Source: Heterodontus francisci (taxonomy: Eukaryota). Taken from it: a stretch of 64,000 nucleotides of DNA. Shown here in pieces: positions 32,701 to 47,700 of the stretch. Under the pieces are notes generated by a model. It was not told where the DNA came from. It saw nothing but the letters and a program-made list of their open reading frames with translations, and did not search any database. The translations under genes and the position numbers were made by a program. Where the stretch lies: assembly GCF_036365525.1 (NCBI RefSeq), contig NC_090399.1, positions 66,830,862 to 66,894,861 on the forward strand, read 5' to 3'. Numbering within the stretch: position 1 is the stretch's first letter; every line of letters starts with the position of its first letter.

Positions 32701-35700
32701 CTCTGTGTTGTGTTGTGGTTTATTTACAGGGGCTCTGTGTTGTGTTGGGGTTTATTTACAGGGACTCTGTTGTGTTGGGGTTTATTTACATGGGCTCTGT
32801 GTTGTGTTGTTTTGGGGTTTATTTACAGGGGCTCTGTGTTGTGTTGGGGTTTATTTACAGGGACTCTGTTGTGTTGGGGTTTATTTACAGGGGCTCTGTG
32901 TTGTGTTGTGGTTTATTTACAGGGGCTCTGTGTTGTGTTGGGGTTTATTTACAGGGACTCTGTGTTGTGTTGTTTTGGGGTTTATTTCCAGGGACTCTGT
33001 GTTGTGTTGGGGTTTATTTACAGGGACTCTGCTGTTTTGGGGTCTATTTACAGGGACTCTGTATTGTGTTGGGGTTTATTTACAGGGGACCTGTGTTGTG
33101 TTGGGGTTTATTTACTGCTGATCTGTGTTGTGTTGTTTTGGGGTTTATTTACAGGGGCTCTGTGATGTGTTGGGGTTTATTTACAGGGACTCTGTTGTGT
33201 TGGGGTTTATTTACAGGGGCTCTGTGTTGTGTTGTGGTTAATTATCAGGGGTTCTGTGTTGTGTTGGGGTTTATTTACAGGGGCTCTGTGTTGTGTTGTG
33301 TTGGAGTTTATTTACAGGGACTCTGTTGTGTTGGGGTTTATTTACAGGGGCTCTCTGTTGTGTTGGGGTTTATTTACAGGGGCTCTGTGTTGTGTTGTGG
33401 TTTATTCACAGAGACTCTGTGTTGTGTTGGGGTTTATTTACAGGGGCTCTGTGTTGTGTTGTTTTGGGGTTTATTTACAGGGGCTCAGAGTTGTGTTGGG
33501 GTTTTTTTTACAGGGACTCTGTGTTGTGTTGTGTTGGGGTTTATTTACAGGGGCTCTGTGTTGTGTTGTTTTGGGGTTTATTTCCAGGGGCTCTGTGTTG
33601 CGTTGGGGTTTATTTACAGGGTCTCTGTTGTGTTGGGGTTTATTTACAGGGGCTCTGTGTTGTGTTGTGTTGGGGTTTATTTACAGGGGCTCTGTGTTGT
33701 GTTGGGGTTTATTTACAGGGGCTCTGTGTTGTGTTGTTATGGGGTTTATTTACAGGGGCTCTGTTTTGTGTTGTGTTGGTCATTATTTACAGGGGCTCTG
33801 TGTTGTGTTGGGGTTTATTTACAGGGGCTCTGTGTTGTGTTGTTTTGGGGTTTATTTACAGGGGCTCTGTGTTGTGTTGTGGTTTATTTACAGGGGCTCT
33901 GTGTTGTGTTGGGGTTTATTTACAGGGACTCTGTTGTGTTGGGGTTTATTTACATGGGCTCTGTGTTGTGTTGTTTTGGGGTTTATTTACAGGGGCTCTG
34001 TGTTGTGTTGGGGTTTATTTACAGGGACTCTGTTGTGTTGGGGTTTATTTACAGGGACTCTGTTGTGTTGGGGTTTATTTACAGGGGCTCTGTGTTGTGT
34101 TGTGGTTTATTTACAGGGGCTCTGTGTTGTGTTGGGGTTTATTTACAGGGACTCTGTTGTGTTGGGGTTTATTTACAGGGGCTCTGTTTTGTGTTGTGTT
34201 GGGGTTTATTTACAGGGGCTCTGTGTTGTGTTGTTTTGGGGTATATTTACAGGGGCTCTGTGTTGTGTTGTGTTGGGGTCTATTTACAGGGACTCTGTGT
34301 TGTGTTGGGGTTTATTTACAGGGGACCTGTGTTGTGTTGGGGTTTATTTACTGCTGATCTGTGTTGTGTTGTTTTGGGGTTTATTTACAGGGGCTCTGTG
34401 ATGTGTTGGGGTTTATTTACAGGGACTCTGTTGTGTTGGGGTTTATTTACAGGGGCTCTGTGTTGTGTTGTGGTTAATTATCAGGGGTTCTGTGTTGTGT
34501 TGGGGTTTATTTACAGGGGCTCTGTGTTGTGTTGTGTTGGAGTTTATTTACAGGGACTCTGTTGTGTTGGGGTTTATTTACAGGGGCTCTGTGTTGTGTT
34601 GTGGTTTATTCACAGAGACTCTGTGTTGTGTTGGGGTTTATTTACAGGGGCTCTGTGTTGTGTTGTTTTGGGGTTTATTTACAGGGGCTCAGTGTTGTGT
34701 TGGGGTTTTTTTTACAGGGACTCTGTGTTGTGTTGTGTTGGGGTTTATTTACAGGGGCTCTGTGTTGTGTTGTTTTGGGGTTTATTTCCAGGGGCTCTGT
34801 GTTGCGTTGGGGTTTATTTACAGGGTCTCTGTTGTGTTGGGGTTTATTTACAGGGGCTCTGTGTTGTGTTGTGTTGGGGTTTATTTACAGGGGCTCTGTG
34901 TTGTGTTGGGGTTTATTTACAGGGGCTCTGTGTTGTGTTGTTATGGGGTTTATTTACAGGGGCTCTGTTTTGTGTTGTGTTGGTCATTATTTACAGGGGC
35001 TCTGTGTTGTGTTGGGGTTTATTTACAGGGGCTCTGTGTTGTGTTGTTTTGGGGTTTATTTACAGGGGCTCTGTGTTGTGTTGTGGTTTATTTACAGGGG
35101 CTCTGTGTTGTGTTGGGGTTTATTTACAGGGACTCTGTTGTGTTGGGGTTTATTTACATGGGCTCTGTGTTGTGTTGTTTTGGGGTTTATTTACAGGGGC
35201 TCTGTGTTGTGTTGGGGTTTATTTACAGGGACTCTGTTGTGTTGGGGTTTATTTACAGGGACTCTGTTGTGTTGGGGTTTATTTACAGGGGCTCTGTGTT
35301 GTGTTGTGGTTTATTTACAGGGGCTCTGTGTTGTGTTGGGGTTTATTTACAGGGACTCTGTTGTGTTGGGGTTTATTTACAGGGGCTCTGTGTTGTGTTG
35401 TGTTGGGGTTTATTTACAGGGGCTCTGTGTTGTGTTGGGGTTTATTTACAGGGGCTCTGTGTTGTGTTGTTATGGGGTTTATTTACAGGGGCTCTGTTTT
35501 GTGTTGTGTTGGTCATTATTTACAGGGGCTCTGTGTTGTGTTGGGGTTTATTTACAGGGGCTCTGTGTTGTGTTGTTTTGGGGTTTATTTACAGGGGCTC
35601 TGTGTTGTGTTGTGGTTTATTTACAGGGGCTCTGTGTTGTGTTGGGGTTTATTTACAGGGACTCTGTTGTGTTGGGGTTTATTTACATGGGCTCTGTGTT

Positions 35701-38700
35701 GTGTTGTTTTGGGGTTTATTTACAGGGGCTCTGTGTTGTGTTGGGGTTTATTTACAGGGACTCTGTTGTGTTGGGGTTTATTTACAGGGACTCTGTTGTG
35801 TTGGGGTTTATTTACAGGGGCTCTGTGTTGTGTTGTGGTTTATTTACAGGGGCTCTGTGTTGTGTTGGGGTTTATTTACAGGGACTCTGTTGTGTTGGGG
35901 TTTATTTACAGGGGCTCTGTTTTGTGTTGTGTTGGGGTTTATTTACAGGGGCTCTGTGTTGTGTTGTTTTGGGGTATATTTACAGGGGCTCTTTGTTGTG
36001 TTGTGTTGGGGTTTATTTACAGGGGCTCTGTGTTGTTTTGGGGTTTATTTACAAAGGCACTGTGTTGTGTTGGGTTTATTTCCATGGGCTGTGTGTTGTG
36101 TTGGGGTTATTTCCAGGGATCTGTGTTGGTTTGGGGTTTATTTACAGGGGCTCTGTGTTGTGTTGGAGTTTATTTACAGGGACTCTGTTGTGTTGTGTTG
36201 GGGTTTATTTACAGGGGCTCTGAGTTGTGTTGTGTTGGAGTATATTTACAGGGACTGTGTGTTGTGTTGGGGTTTATTTACAGGGACTCTGTTGTGTTGG
36301 GGTTTATTTACAGGGGCTCTGTGTTGTGTTGGGGTAAATTTACAGGGGCTCTTTGTTGTGTTGGGGTTTATTTACAGGGAATCTGTTGTTTTGGGGTTTA
36401 TTTACAGGGGCTCAGAGTTGTGTTGGGGTTTTTTTTACAGGGACTCTGTGTTGTGTTGTGTTGGGGTTTATTTACAGGGGCTCTGTGTTGTGTTGTTTTG
36501 GGGTTTATTTCCAGGGGCTCTGTGTTGCGTTGGGGTTTATTTACAGGGTCTCTGTTGTGTTGGGGTTTATTTACAGGGGCTCTGTGTTGTGTTGTGTTGG
36601 GGTTTATTTACAGGGGCTCTGTGTTGTGTTGGGGTTTATTTACAGGGGCTCTGTGTTGTGTTGTTATGGGGTTTATTTACAGGGACTGTGTGTTGTGTTG
36701 GGGTTTATTTACAGGGACTCTGTTGTGTTGGGGTTTATTTACAGGGGCTCTGTGTTGTGTTGGGGTAAATTTACAGGGGCTCTTTGTTGTGTTGGGGTTT
36801 ATTTACAGGGAATCTGTTGTGTTGGGGTTTATTTACAGGGGCTCTGTGTTGTTTTGGGGTAAATTTACAGGGGTTCTGTGTTGTGTTGGGGTTTATTTAT
36901 AGGGGCTCTGTTGTGTTGGGGTTTATTTACAGGGGCTCTTTGTTGTGTTGTGTTGGGGTTTATTTACAGGGCCTCTGTGTTGTGTTGGGGTTTATTTACA
37001 GGGGCTCTGTGTTGTGTTGTTTTGGGGTTTATTTCCAGGGACTCTGTGTTGTGTTGGGGTTTATTTACAGGGACTCTGCTGTTTTGGGGTCTATTTACAG
37101 GGGCTCTGTGTTGTGTTGGAGTTTATTTACAGGGACTCTGTGTTGTGTTGGGGTTTATTTACAGGGGACCTGTGTTGTGTTGGGGTTTATTTACTGCTGA
37201 TCTGTGTTGTGTTGTTTTGGGGTTTATTTACAGGGGCTCTGTGATGTGTTAGAGTTTATTTACAGGGACTCTGTTGTGTTGGGGTTTATTTACAGGGGCT
37301 CTGTGTTGTGTTGTGGTTTATTATCAGGGGTTCTGTGTTGTGTTGGGGTTTATTTACAGGGGCTCTGTGTTGTGTTGTGTTGGAGTTTATTTACAGGGAC
37401 TCTGTTGTGTTGGGGTTTATTTACAGGGGCTCTCTGTTGTGTTGGGGTTTATTTACAGGGGCTCTGTGTTGTGTTGTGGTTTATTCACAGAGACTCTGTG
37501 TTGTGTTGGTGTTTATTTACAGGGGCTCTGTGTTGTGTTGTTTTGGGGTTTATTTACAGGGGCTCAGTGTTGTGTTGGTTTTTTTTTTACAGGGACTCTG
37601 TGTTGTGTTGTGTTGGGGTTTATTTACAGGGGCTCTGTGTTATGTTGTTTTGGGGTTTATTTACAGGGGCTCTGTGTTGCGTTGGGGTTTATTTACAGGG
37701 ACTCTGTTGTGTTGGGGTTTATTTACAGGGGCTCTGTGTTGTGTTGTGTTGGGGTTTATTTACAGGGGCTCTGTGTTGTGTTGGGGTTTCTTTACAGGGG
37801 CTCTGTGTTGTGCTGTTATGGGTTTTATTTACAGGGGCTCTGTTTTGTGTTGTGTTGGGGTTTATTTACAGGGGCTCTGTGTTGTGTTGTTTTGGGGTTT
37901 ATTTACAGGAGCTCTGTTTTGTGTTGTGTTGGGGTTTATTTACAGGGGCTCTGTGTTGTGTTGCCGTTTATTTACAGGGGCTCTGTGTTGTGTTGGGGTT
38001 TATTTACAGGGACTCTGTGTTGTGTTGTTTTGGGGTTTATTTCCAGGGACTCTGTGTTGTGTTGGGGTTTATTTACAGGGACTCTGCTGTTTTGGGGTCT
38101 ATTTACAGGGACTCTGTATTGTGTTGGGGTTTATTTACAGGGGACCTGTGTTGTGTTGGGGTTTATTTACTGCTGATCTGTGTTGTGTTGTTTTGGGGTT
38201 TATTTACAGGGGCTCTGTGATGTGTTGGGGTTTATTTACAGGGACTCTGTTGTGTTGGGGTTTATTTACAGGGGCTCTGTGTTGTGTTGTGGTTAATTAT
38301 CAGGGGTTCTGTGTTGTGTTGGGGTTTATTTACAGGGGCTCTGTGTTGTGTTGTGTTGGAGTTTATTTACAGGGACTCTGTTGTGTTGGGGTTTATTTAC
38401 AGGGGCTCTCTGTTGTGTTGGGGTTTATTTACAGGGGCTCTGTGTTGTGTTGTGGTTTATTCACAGAGACTCTGTGTTGTGTTGGGGTTTATTTACAGGG
38501 GCTCTGTGTTGTGTTGTTTTGGGGTTTATTTACAGGGGCTCAGAGTTGTGTTGGGGTTTTTTTTACAGGGACTCTGTGTTGTGTTGTGTTGGGGTTTATT
38601 TACAGGGGCTCTGTGTTGTGTTGTTTTGGGGTTTATTTCCAGGGGCTCTGTGTTGCGTTGGGGTTTATTTACAGGGTCTCTGTTGTGTTGGGGTTTATTT

Positions 38701-41700
38701 ACAGGGGCTCTGTGTTGTGTTGTGTTGGGGTTTATTTCCAGGGGCTCTGTGTTGCGTTGGGGTTTATTTACAGGGTCTCTGTTGTGTTGGGGTTTATTTA
38801 CAGGGGCTCTGTGTTGTGTTGTGTTGGGGTTTATTTACAGGGGCTCTGTGTTGTGTTGGGGTTTATTTACAGGGGCTCTGTGTTGTGTTGTTATGGGGTT
38901 TATTTACAGGGACTGTGTGTTGTGTTGGGGTTTATTTACAGGGACTCTGTTGTGTTGGGGTTTATTTACAGGGGCTCTGTGTTGTGTTGGGGTAAATTTA
39001 CAGGGGCTCTTTGTTGTGTTGGGGTTTATTTACAGGGAATCTGTTGTGTTGGGGTTTATTTACAGGGGCTCTGTGTTGTTTTGGGGTAAATTTACAGGGG
39101 TTCTGTGTTGTGTTGGGGTTTATTTACAGGGGCTCTGTTGTGTTGGGGTTTATTTACAGGGGCTCTTTGTTGTGTTGTGTTGGGGTTTATTTACAGGGCC
39201 TCTGTGTTGTGTTGGGGTTTATTTACAGGGGCTCTGTGTTGTGTTGTTTTGGGGTTTATTTCCAGGGACTCTGTGTTGTGTTGGGGTTTATTTACAGGGA
39301 CTCTGCTGTTTTGGGGTCTATTTACAGGGGCTCTGTGTTGTGTTGGAGTTTATTTACAGGGACTCTGTGTTGTGTTGGGGTTTATTTACAGGGGACCTGT
39401 GTTGTGTTGGGGTTTATTTACTGCTGATCTGTGTTGTGTTGTTTTGGGGTTTATTTACAGGGGCTCTGTGATGTGTTAGAGTTTATTTACAGGGACTCTG
39501 TTGTGTTGGGGTTTATTTACAGGGGCTCTGTGTTGTGTTGTGGTTTATTATCAGGGGTTCTGTGTTGTGTTGGGGTTTATTTACAGGGGCTCTGTGTTGT
39601 GTTGTGTTGGAGTTTATTTACAGGGACTCTGTTGTGTTGGGGTTTATTTACAGGGGCTCTCTGTTGTGTTGGGGTTTATTTACAGGGGCTCTGTGTTGTG
39701 TTGTGGTTTATTCACAGAGACTCTGTGTTGTGTTGGTGTTTATTTACAGGGGCTCTGTGTTGTGTTGTTTTGGGGTTTATTTACAGGGGCTCAGTGTTGT
39801 GTTGGTTTTTTTTTTACAGGGACTCTGTGTTGTGTTGTGTTGGGGTTTATTTACAGGGGCTCTGTGTTATGTTGTTTTGGGGTTTATTTACAGGGGCTCT
39901 GTGTTGCGTTGGGGTTTATTTACAGGGACTCTGTTGTGTTGGGGTTTATTTACAGGGGCTCTGTGTTGTGTTGTGTTGGGGTTTATTTACAGGGGCTCTG
40001 TGTTGTGTTGGGGTTTCTTTACAGGGGCTCTGTGTTGTGCTGTTATGGGTTTTATTTACAGGGGCTCTGTTTTGTGTTGTGTTGGGGTTTATTTACAGGG
40101 GCTCTGTGTTGTGTTGTTTTGGGGTTTATTTACAGGAGCTCTGTTTTGTGTTGTGTTGGGGTTTATTTACAGGGGCTCTGTGTTGTGTTGCCGTTTATTT
40201 ACAGGGGCTCTGTGTTGTGTTGGGGTTTATTTACAGGGACTCTGTGTTGTGTTGTTTTGGGGTTTATTTCCAGGGACTCTGTGTTGTGTTGGGGTTTATT
40301 TACAGGGACTCTGCTGTTTTGGGGTCTATTTACAGGGACTCTGTATTGTGTTGGGGTTTATTTACAGGGGACCTGTGTTGTGTTGGGGTTTATTTACTGC
40401 TGATCTGTGTTGTGTTGTTTTGGGGTTTATTTACAGGGGCTCTGTGATGTGTTGGGGTTTATTTACAGGGACTCTGTTGTGTTGGGGTTTATTTACAGGG
40501 GCTCTGTGTTGTGTTGTGGTTAATTATCAGGGGTTCTGTGTTGTGTTGGGGTTTATTTACAGGGGCTCTGTGTTGTGTTGTGTTGGAGTTTATTTACAGG
40601 GACTCTGTTGTGTTGGGGTTTATTTACAGGGGCTCTCTGTTGTGTTGGGGTTTATTTACAGGGGCTCTGTGTTGTGTTGTGGTTTATTCACAGAGACTCT
40701 GTGTTGTGTTGGGGTTTATTTACAGGGGCTCTGTGTTGTGTTGTTTTGGGGTTTATTTACAGGGGCTCAGAGTTGTGTTGGGGTTTTTTTTACAGGGACT
40801 CTGTGTTGTGTTGTGTTGGGGTTTATTTACAGGGGCTCTGTGTTGTGTTGTTTTGGGGTTTATTTCCAGGGGCTCTGTGTTGCGTTGGGGTTTATTTACA
40901 GGGTCTCTGTTGTGTTGGGGTTTATTTACAGGGGCTCTGTGTTGTGTTGTGTTGGGGTTTATTTACAGGGGCTCTGTGTTGTGTTGGGGTTTATTTACAG
41001 GGGCTCTGTGTTGTGTTGTTATGGGGTTTATTTACAGGGGCTCTGTTTTGTGTTGTGTTGGGGTTTATTTACAGGGGCTCTGTGTTGTGTTGTGTTGGAG
41101 TTTATTTACAGGGACTCTGTTGTGTTGAGGTTTATTTACAGGGGCTCTCTGTTGTGTTGGGGTTTATTTACAGGGGCTCTGTGTTGTGTTGTTTTGGGGT
41201 TTATTTACAGGAGCTCAGTGTTGTGTTGTGTTGGGGTCTATTTACAGGGACTCTGTGTTGTGTTGGGGTTTATTTACAGGGGACCTGTGTTGTGTTGGGG
41301 TTTATTTACTGCTGATCTGTGTTGTGTTGTGTTGGGGTTTATTTACAGGGACTCTGTTGTGTTGGGGTTTATTTACAGGGGCTCTGTTTTGTGTTTTGTT
41401 GGGGTTTATTTACAGGGGCTCTGTGTTGTGTTGTTTTGGGGTATATTTACAGGGGCTCTGTGTTGTGTTGTGTTGGGGTCTATTTACAGGGACTCTGTGT
41501 TGTGTTGGGGTTTATTTACAGGGGACCTGTGTTGTGTTGGGGTTTATTTACTGCTGATCTGTGTTGTGTTGTTTTGGGGTTTATTTACAGGGGCTCTGTG
41601 ATGTGTTGGGGTTTATTTACAGGGACTCTGTTGTGTTGGGGTTTATTTACAGGGGCTCTGTGTTGTGTTGTGGTTAATTATCAGGGGTTCTGTGTTGTGT

Positions 41701-44700
41701 TGGGGTTTATTTACAGGGGCTCTGTGTTGTGTTGTGTTGGAGTTTATTTACAGGGACTCTGTTGTGTTGGGGTTTATTTACAGGGGCTCTCTGTTGTGTT
41801 GGGGTTTATTTACAGGGGCTCTGTGTTGTGTTGTGGTTTATTCACAGAGACTCTGTGTTGTGTTGGGGTTTATTTACAGGGGCTCTGTGTTGTGTTGTTT
41901 TGGGGTTTATTTACAGGGGCTCAGTGTTGTGTTGGGGTTTTTTTTACAGGGACTCTGTGTTGTGTTGTGTTGGGGTTTATTTACAGGGGCTCTGTGTTGT
42001 GTTGTTTTGGGGTTTATTTCCAGGGGCTCTGTGTTGCGTTGGGGTTTATTTACAGGGTCTCTGTTGTGTTGGGGTTTATTTACAGGGGCTCTGTGTTGTG
42101 TTGTGTTGGGGTTTATTTACAGGGGCTCTGTGTTGTGTTGGGGTTTATTTACAGGGGCTCTGTGTTGTGTTGTTATGGGGTTTATTTACAGGGGCTCTGT
42201 TTTGTGTTGTGTTGGTCATTATTTACAGGGGCTCTGTGTTGTGTTGGGGTTTATTTACAGGGGCTCTGTGTTGTGTTGTTTTGGGGTTTATTTACAGGGG
42301 CTCTGTGTTGTGTTGTGGTTTATTTACAGGGGCTCTGTGTTGTGTTGGGGTTTATTTACAGGGACTCTGTTGTGTTGGGGTTTATTTACATGGGCTCTGT
42401 GTTGTGTTGTTTTGGGGTTTATTTACAGGGGCTCTGTGTTGTGTTGGGGTTTATTTACAGGGACTCTGTTGTGTTGGGGTTTATTTACAGGGACTCTGTT
42501 GTGTTGGGGTTTATTTACAGGGGCTCTGTGTTGTGTTGTGGTTTATTTACAGGGGCTCTGTGTTGTGTTGGGGTTTATTTACAGGGACTCTGTTGTGTTG
42601 GGGTTTATTTACAGGGGCTCTGTGTTGTGTTGTGTTGGGGTTTATTTACAGGGGCTCTGTGTTGTGTTGGGGTTTATTTACAGGGGCTCTGTGTTGTGTT
42701 GTTTTGGGGTTTATTTCCAGGGGCTCTGTGTTGCGTTGGGGTTTATTTACAGGGTCTCTGTTGTGTTGGGGTTTATTTACAGGGGCTCTGTGTTGTGTTG
42801 TGTTGGGGTTTATTTACAGGGGCTCTGTGTTGTGTTGGGGTTTATTTACAGGGGCTCTGTGTTGTGTTGTTATGGGGTTTATTTACAGGGGCTCTGTTTT
42901 GTGTTGTGTTGGTCATTATTTACAGGGGCTCTGTGTTGTGTTGGGGTTTATTTACAGGGGCTCTGTGTTGTGTTGTTTTGGGGTTTATTTACAGGGGCTC
43001 TGTGTTGTGTTGTGGTTTATTTACAGGGGCTCTGTGTTGTGTTGGGGTTTATTTACAGGGACTCTGTTGTGTTGGGGTTTATTTACATGGGCTCTGTGTT
43101 GTGTTGTTTTGGGGTTTATTTACAGGGGCTCTGTGTTGTGTTGGGGTTTATTTACAGGGACTCTGTTGTGTTGGGGTTTATTTACAGGGGCTCTGTGTTG
43201 TGTTGTGGTTTATTTACAGGGGCTCTGTGTTGTGTTGGGGTTTATTTACAGGGACTCTGTGTTGTGTTGTTTTGGGGTTTATTTCCAGGGACTCTGTGTT
43301 GTGTTGGGGTTTATTTACAGGGACTCTGCTGTTTTGGGGTCTATTTACAGGGACTCTGTATTGTGTTGGGGTTTATTTACAGGGGACCTGTGTTGTGTTG
43401 GGGTTTATTTACTGCTGATCTGTGTTGTGTTGTTTTGGGGTTTATTTACAGGGGCTCTGTGATGTGTTGGGGTTTATTTACAGGGACTCTGTTGTGTTGG
43501 GGTTTATTTACAGGGGCTCTGTGTTGTGTTGTGGTTAATTATCAGGGGTTCTGTGTTGTGTTGGGGTTTATTTACAGGGGCTCTGTGTTGTGTTGTGTTG
43601 GAGTTTATTTACAGGGACTCTGTTGTGTTGGGGTTTATTTACAGGGGCTCTCTGTTGTGTTGGGGTTTATTTACAGGGGCTCTGTGTTGTGTTGTGGTTT
43701 ATTCACAGAGACTCTGTGTTGTGTTGGGGTTTATTTACAGGGGCTCTGTGTTGTGTTGTTTTGGGGTTTATTTACAGGGGCTCAGAGTTGTGTTGGGGTT
43801 TTTTTTACAGGGACTCTGTGTTGTGTTGTGTTGGGGTTTATTTACAGGGGCTCTGTGTTGTGTTGTTTTGGGGTTTATTTCCAGGGGCTCTGTGTTGCGT
43901 TGGGGTTTATTTACAGGGTCTCTGTTGTGTTGGGGTTTATTTACAGGGGCTCTGTGTTGTGTTGTGTTGGGGTTTATTTACAGGGGCTCTGTGTTGTGTT
44001 GGGGTTTATTTACAGGGGCTCTGTGTTGTGTTGTTATGGGGTTTATTTACAGGGACTGTGTGTTGTGTTGGGGTTTATTTACAGGGACTCTGTTGTGTTG
44101 GGGTTTATTTACAGGGGCTCTGTGTTGTGTTGGGGTAAATTTACAGGGGCTCTTTGTTGTGTTGGGGTTTATTTACAGGGAATCTGTTGTGTTGGGGTTT
44201 ATTTACAGGGGCTCTGTGTTGTTTTGGGGTAAATTTACAGGGGTTCTGTGTTGTGTTGGGGTTTATTTACAGGGGCTCTGTTGTGTTGGGGTTTATTTAC
44301 AGGGGCTCTTTGTTGTGTTGTGTTGGGGTTTATTTACAGGGCCTCTGTGTTGTGTTGGGGTTTATTTACAGGGGCTCTGTGTTGTGTTGTTTTGGGGTTT
44401 ATTTCCAGGGACTCTGTGTTGTGTTGGGGTTTATTTACAGGGACTCTGCTGTTTTGGGGTCTATTTACAGGGGCTCTGTGTTGTGTTGGAGTTTATTTAC
44501 AGGGACTCTGTGTTGTGTTGGGGTTTATTTACAGGGGACCTGTGTTGTGTTGGGGTTTATTTACTGCTGATCTGTGTTGTGTTGTTTTGGGGTTTATTTA
44601 CAGGGGCTCTGTGATGTGTTAGAGTTTATTTACAGGGACTCTGTTGTGTTGGGGTTTATTTACAGGGGCTCTGTGTTGTGTTGTGGTTTATTATCAGGGG

Positions 44701-47700
44701 TTCTGTGTTGTGTTGGGGTTTATTTACAGGGGCTCTGTGTTGTGTTGTGTTGGAGTTTATTTACAGGGACTCTGTTGTGTTGGGGTTTATTTACAGGGGC
44801 TCTCTGTTGTGTTGGGGTTTATTTACAGGGGCTCTGTGTTGTGTTGTGGTTTATTCACAGAGACTCTGTGTTGTGTTGGTGTTTATTTACAGGGGCTCTG
44901 TGTTGTGTTGTTTTGGGGTTTATTTACAGGGGCTCAGTGTTGTGTTGGTTTTTTTTTTACAGGGACTCTGTGTTGTGTTGTGTTGGGGTTTATTTACAGG
45001 GGCTCTGTGTTATGTTGTTTTGGGGTTTATTTACAGGGGCTCTGTGTTGCGTTGGGGTTTATTTACAGGGACTCTGTTGTGTTGGGGTTTATTTACAGGG
45101 GCTCTGTGTTGTGTTGTGTTGGGGTTTATTTACAGGGGCTCTGTGTTGTGTTGGGGTTTCTTTACAGGGGCTCTGTGTTGTGCTGTTATGGGTTTTATTT
45201 ACAGGGGCTCTGTTTTGTGTTGTGTTGGGGTTTATTTACAGGGGCTCTGTGTTGTGTTGTTTTGGGGTTTATTTACAGGAGCTCTGTTTTGTGTTGTGTT
45301 GGGGTTTATTTACAGGGGCTCTGTGTTGTGTTGCCGTTTATTTACAGGGGCTCTGTGTTGTGTTGGGGTTTATTTACAGGGACTCTGTGTTGTGTTGTTT
45401 TGGGGTTTATTTCCAGGGACTCTGTGTTGTGTTGGGGTTTATTTACAGGGACTCTGCTGTTTTGGGGTCTATTTACAGGGACTCTGTATTGTGTTGGGGT
45501 TTATTTACAGGGGACCTGTGTTGTGTTGGGGTTTATTTACTGCTGATCTGTGTTGTGTTGTTTTGGGGTTTATTTACAGGGGCTCTGTGATGTGTTGGGG
45601 TTTATTTACAGGGACTCTGTTGTGTTGGGGTTTATTTACAGGGGCTCTGTGTTGTGTTGTGGTTAATTATCAGGGGTTCTGTGTTGTGTTGGGGTTTATT
45701 TACAGGGGCTCTGTGTTGTGTTGTGTTGGAGTTTATTTACAGGGACTCTGTTGTGTTGGGGTTTATTTACAGGGGCTCTCTGTTGTGTTGGGGTTTATTT
45801 ACAGGGGCTCTGTGTTGTGTTGTGGTTTATTCACAGAGACTCTGTGTTGTGTTGGGGTTTATTTACAGGGGCTCTGTGTTGTGTTGTTTTGGGGTTTATT
45901 TACAGGGGCTCAGAGTTGTGTTGGGGTTTTTTTTACAGGGACTCTGTGTTGTGTTGTGTTGGGGTTTATTTACAGGGGCTCTGTGTTGTGTTGTTTTGGG
46001 GTTTATTTCCAGGGGCTCTGTGTTGCGTTGGGGTTTATTTACAGGGTCTCTGTTGTGTTGGGGTTTATTTACAGGGGCTCTGTGTTGTGTTGTGTTGGGG
46101 TTTATTTACAGGGGCTCTGTGTTGTGTTGGGGTTTATTTACAGGGGCTCTGTGTTGTGTTGTTATGGGGTTTATTTACAGGGGCTCTGTTTTGTGTTGTG
46201 TTGGTCATTATTTACAGGGGCTCTGTGTTGTGTTGGGGTTTATTTACAGGGGCTCTGTGTTGTGTTGTTTTGGGGTTTATTTACAGGGGCTCTGTGTTGT
46301 GTTGTGGTTTATTTACAGGGGCTCTGTGTTGTGTTGGGGTTTATTTACAGGGACTCTGTTGTGTTGGGGTTTATTTACATGGGCTCTGTGTTGTGTTGTT
46401 TTGGGGTTTATTTACAGGGGCTCTGTGTTGTGTTGGGGTTTATTTACAGGGACTCTGTTGTGTTGGGGTTTATTTACAGGGACTCTGTTGTGTTGGGGTT
46501 TATTTACAGGGGCTCTGTGTTGTGTTGTGGTTTATTTACAGGGGCTCTGTGTTGTGTTGGGGTTTATTTACAGGGACTCTGTTGTGTTGGGGTTTATTTA
46601 CAGGGGCTCTGTTTTGTGTTGTGTTGGGGTTTATTTACAGGGGCTCTGTGTTGTGTTGTTTTGGGGTATATTTACAGGGGCTCTGTGTTGTGTTGTGTTG
46701 GGGTCTATTTACAGGGACTCTGTGTTGTGTTGGGGTTTATTTACAGGGGACCTGTGTTGTGTTGGGGTTTATTTACTGCTGATCTGTGTTGTGTTGTTTT
46801 GGGGTTTATTTACAGGGGCTCTGTGATGTGTTGGGGTTTATTTACAGGGACTCTGTTGTGTTGGGGTTTATTTACAGGGGCTCTGTGTTGTGTTGTGGTT
46901 AATTATCAGGGGTTCTGTGTTGTGTTGGGGTTTATTTACAGGGGCTCTGTGTTGTGTTGTGTTGGAGTTTATTTACAGGGACTCTGTTGTGTTGGGGTTT
47001 ATTTACAGGGGCTCTCTGTTGTGTTGGGGTTTATTTACAGGGGCTCTGTGTTGTGTTGTGGTTTATTCACAGAGACTCTGTGTTGTGTTGGGGTTTATTT
47101 ACAGGGGCTCTGTGTTGTGTTGTTTTGGGGTTTATTTACAGGGGCTCAGTGTTGTGTTGGGGTTTTTTTTACAGGGACTCTGTGTTGTGTTGTGTTGGGG
47201 TTTATTTACAGGGACTCTGTTGTGTTGGGGTTTATTTACAGGGGCTCTGTGTTGTGTTGTGGTTTATTTACAGGGGCTCTGTGTTGTGTTGGGGTTTATT
47301 TACAGGGACTCTGTTGTGTTGGGGTTTATTTACATGGGCTCTGTGTTGTGTTGTTTTGGGGTTTATTTACAGGGGCTCTGTGTTGTGTTGGGGTTTATTT
47401 ACAGGGACTCTGTTGTGTTGGGGTTTATTTACAGGGACTCTGTTGTGTTGGGGTTTATTTACAGGGGCTCTGTGTTGTGTTGTGGTTTATTTACAGGGGC
47501 TCTGTGTTGTGTTGGGGTTTATTTACAGGGACTCTGTTGTGTTGGGGTTTATTTACAGGGGCTCTGTTTTGTGTTGTGTTGGGGTTTATTTACAGGGGCT
47601 CTGTGTTGTGTTGTTTTGGGGTATATTTACAGGGGCTCTGTGTTGTGTTGTGTTGGGGTTTATTTACAGGGGCTCTGTGTTGTTTTGGGGTTTATTTACA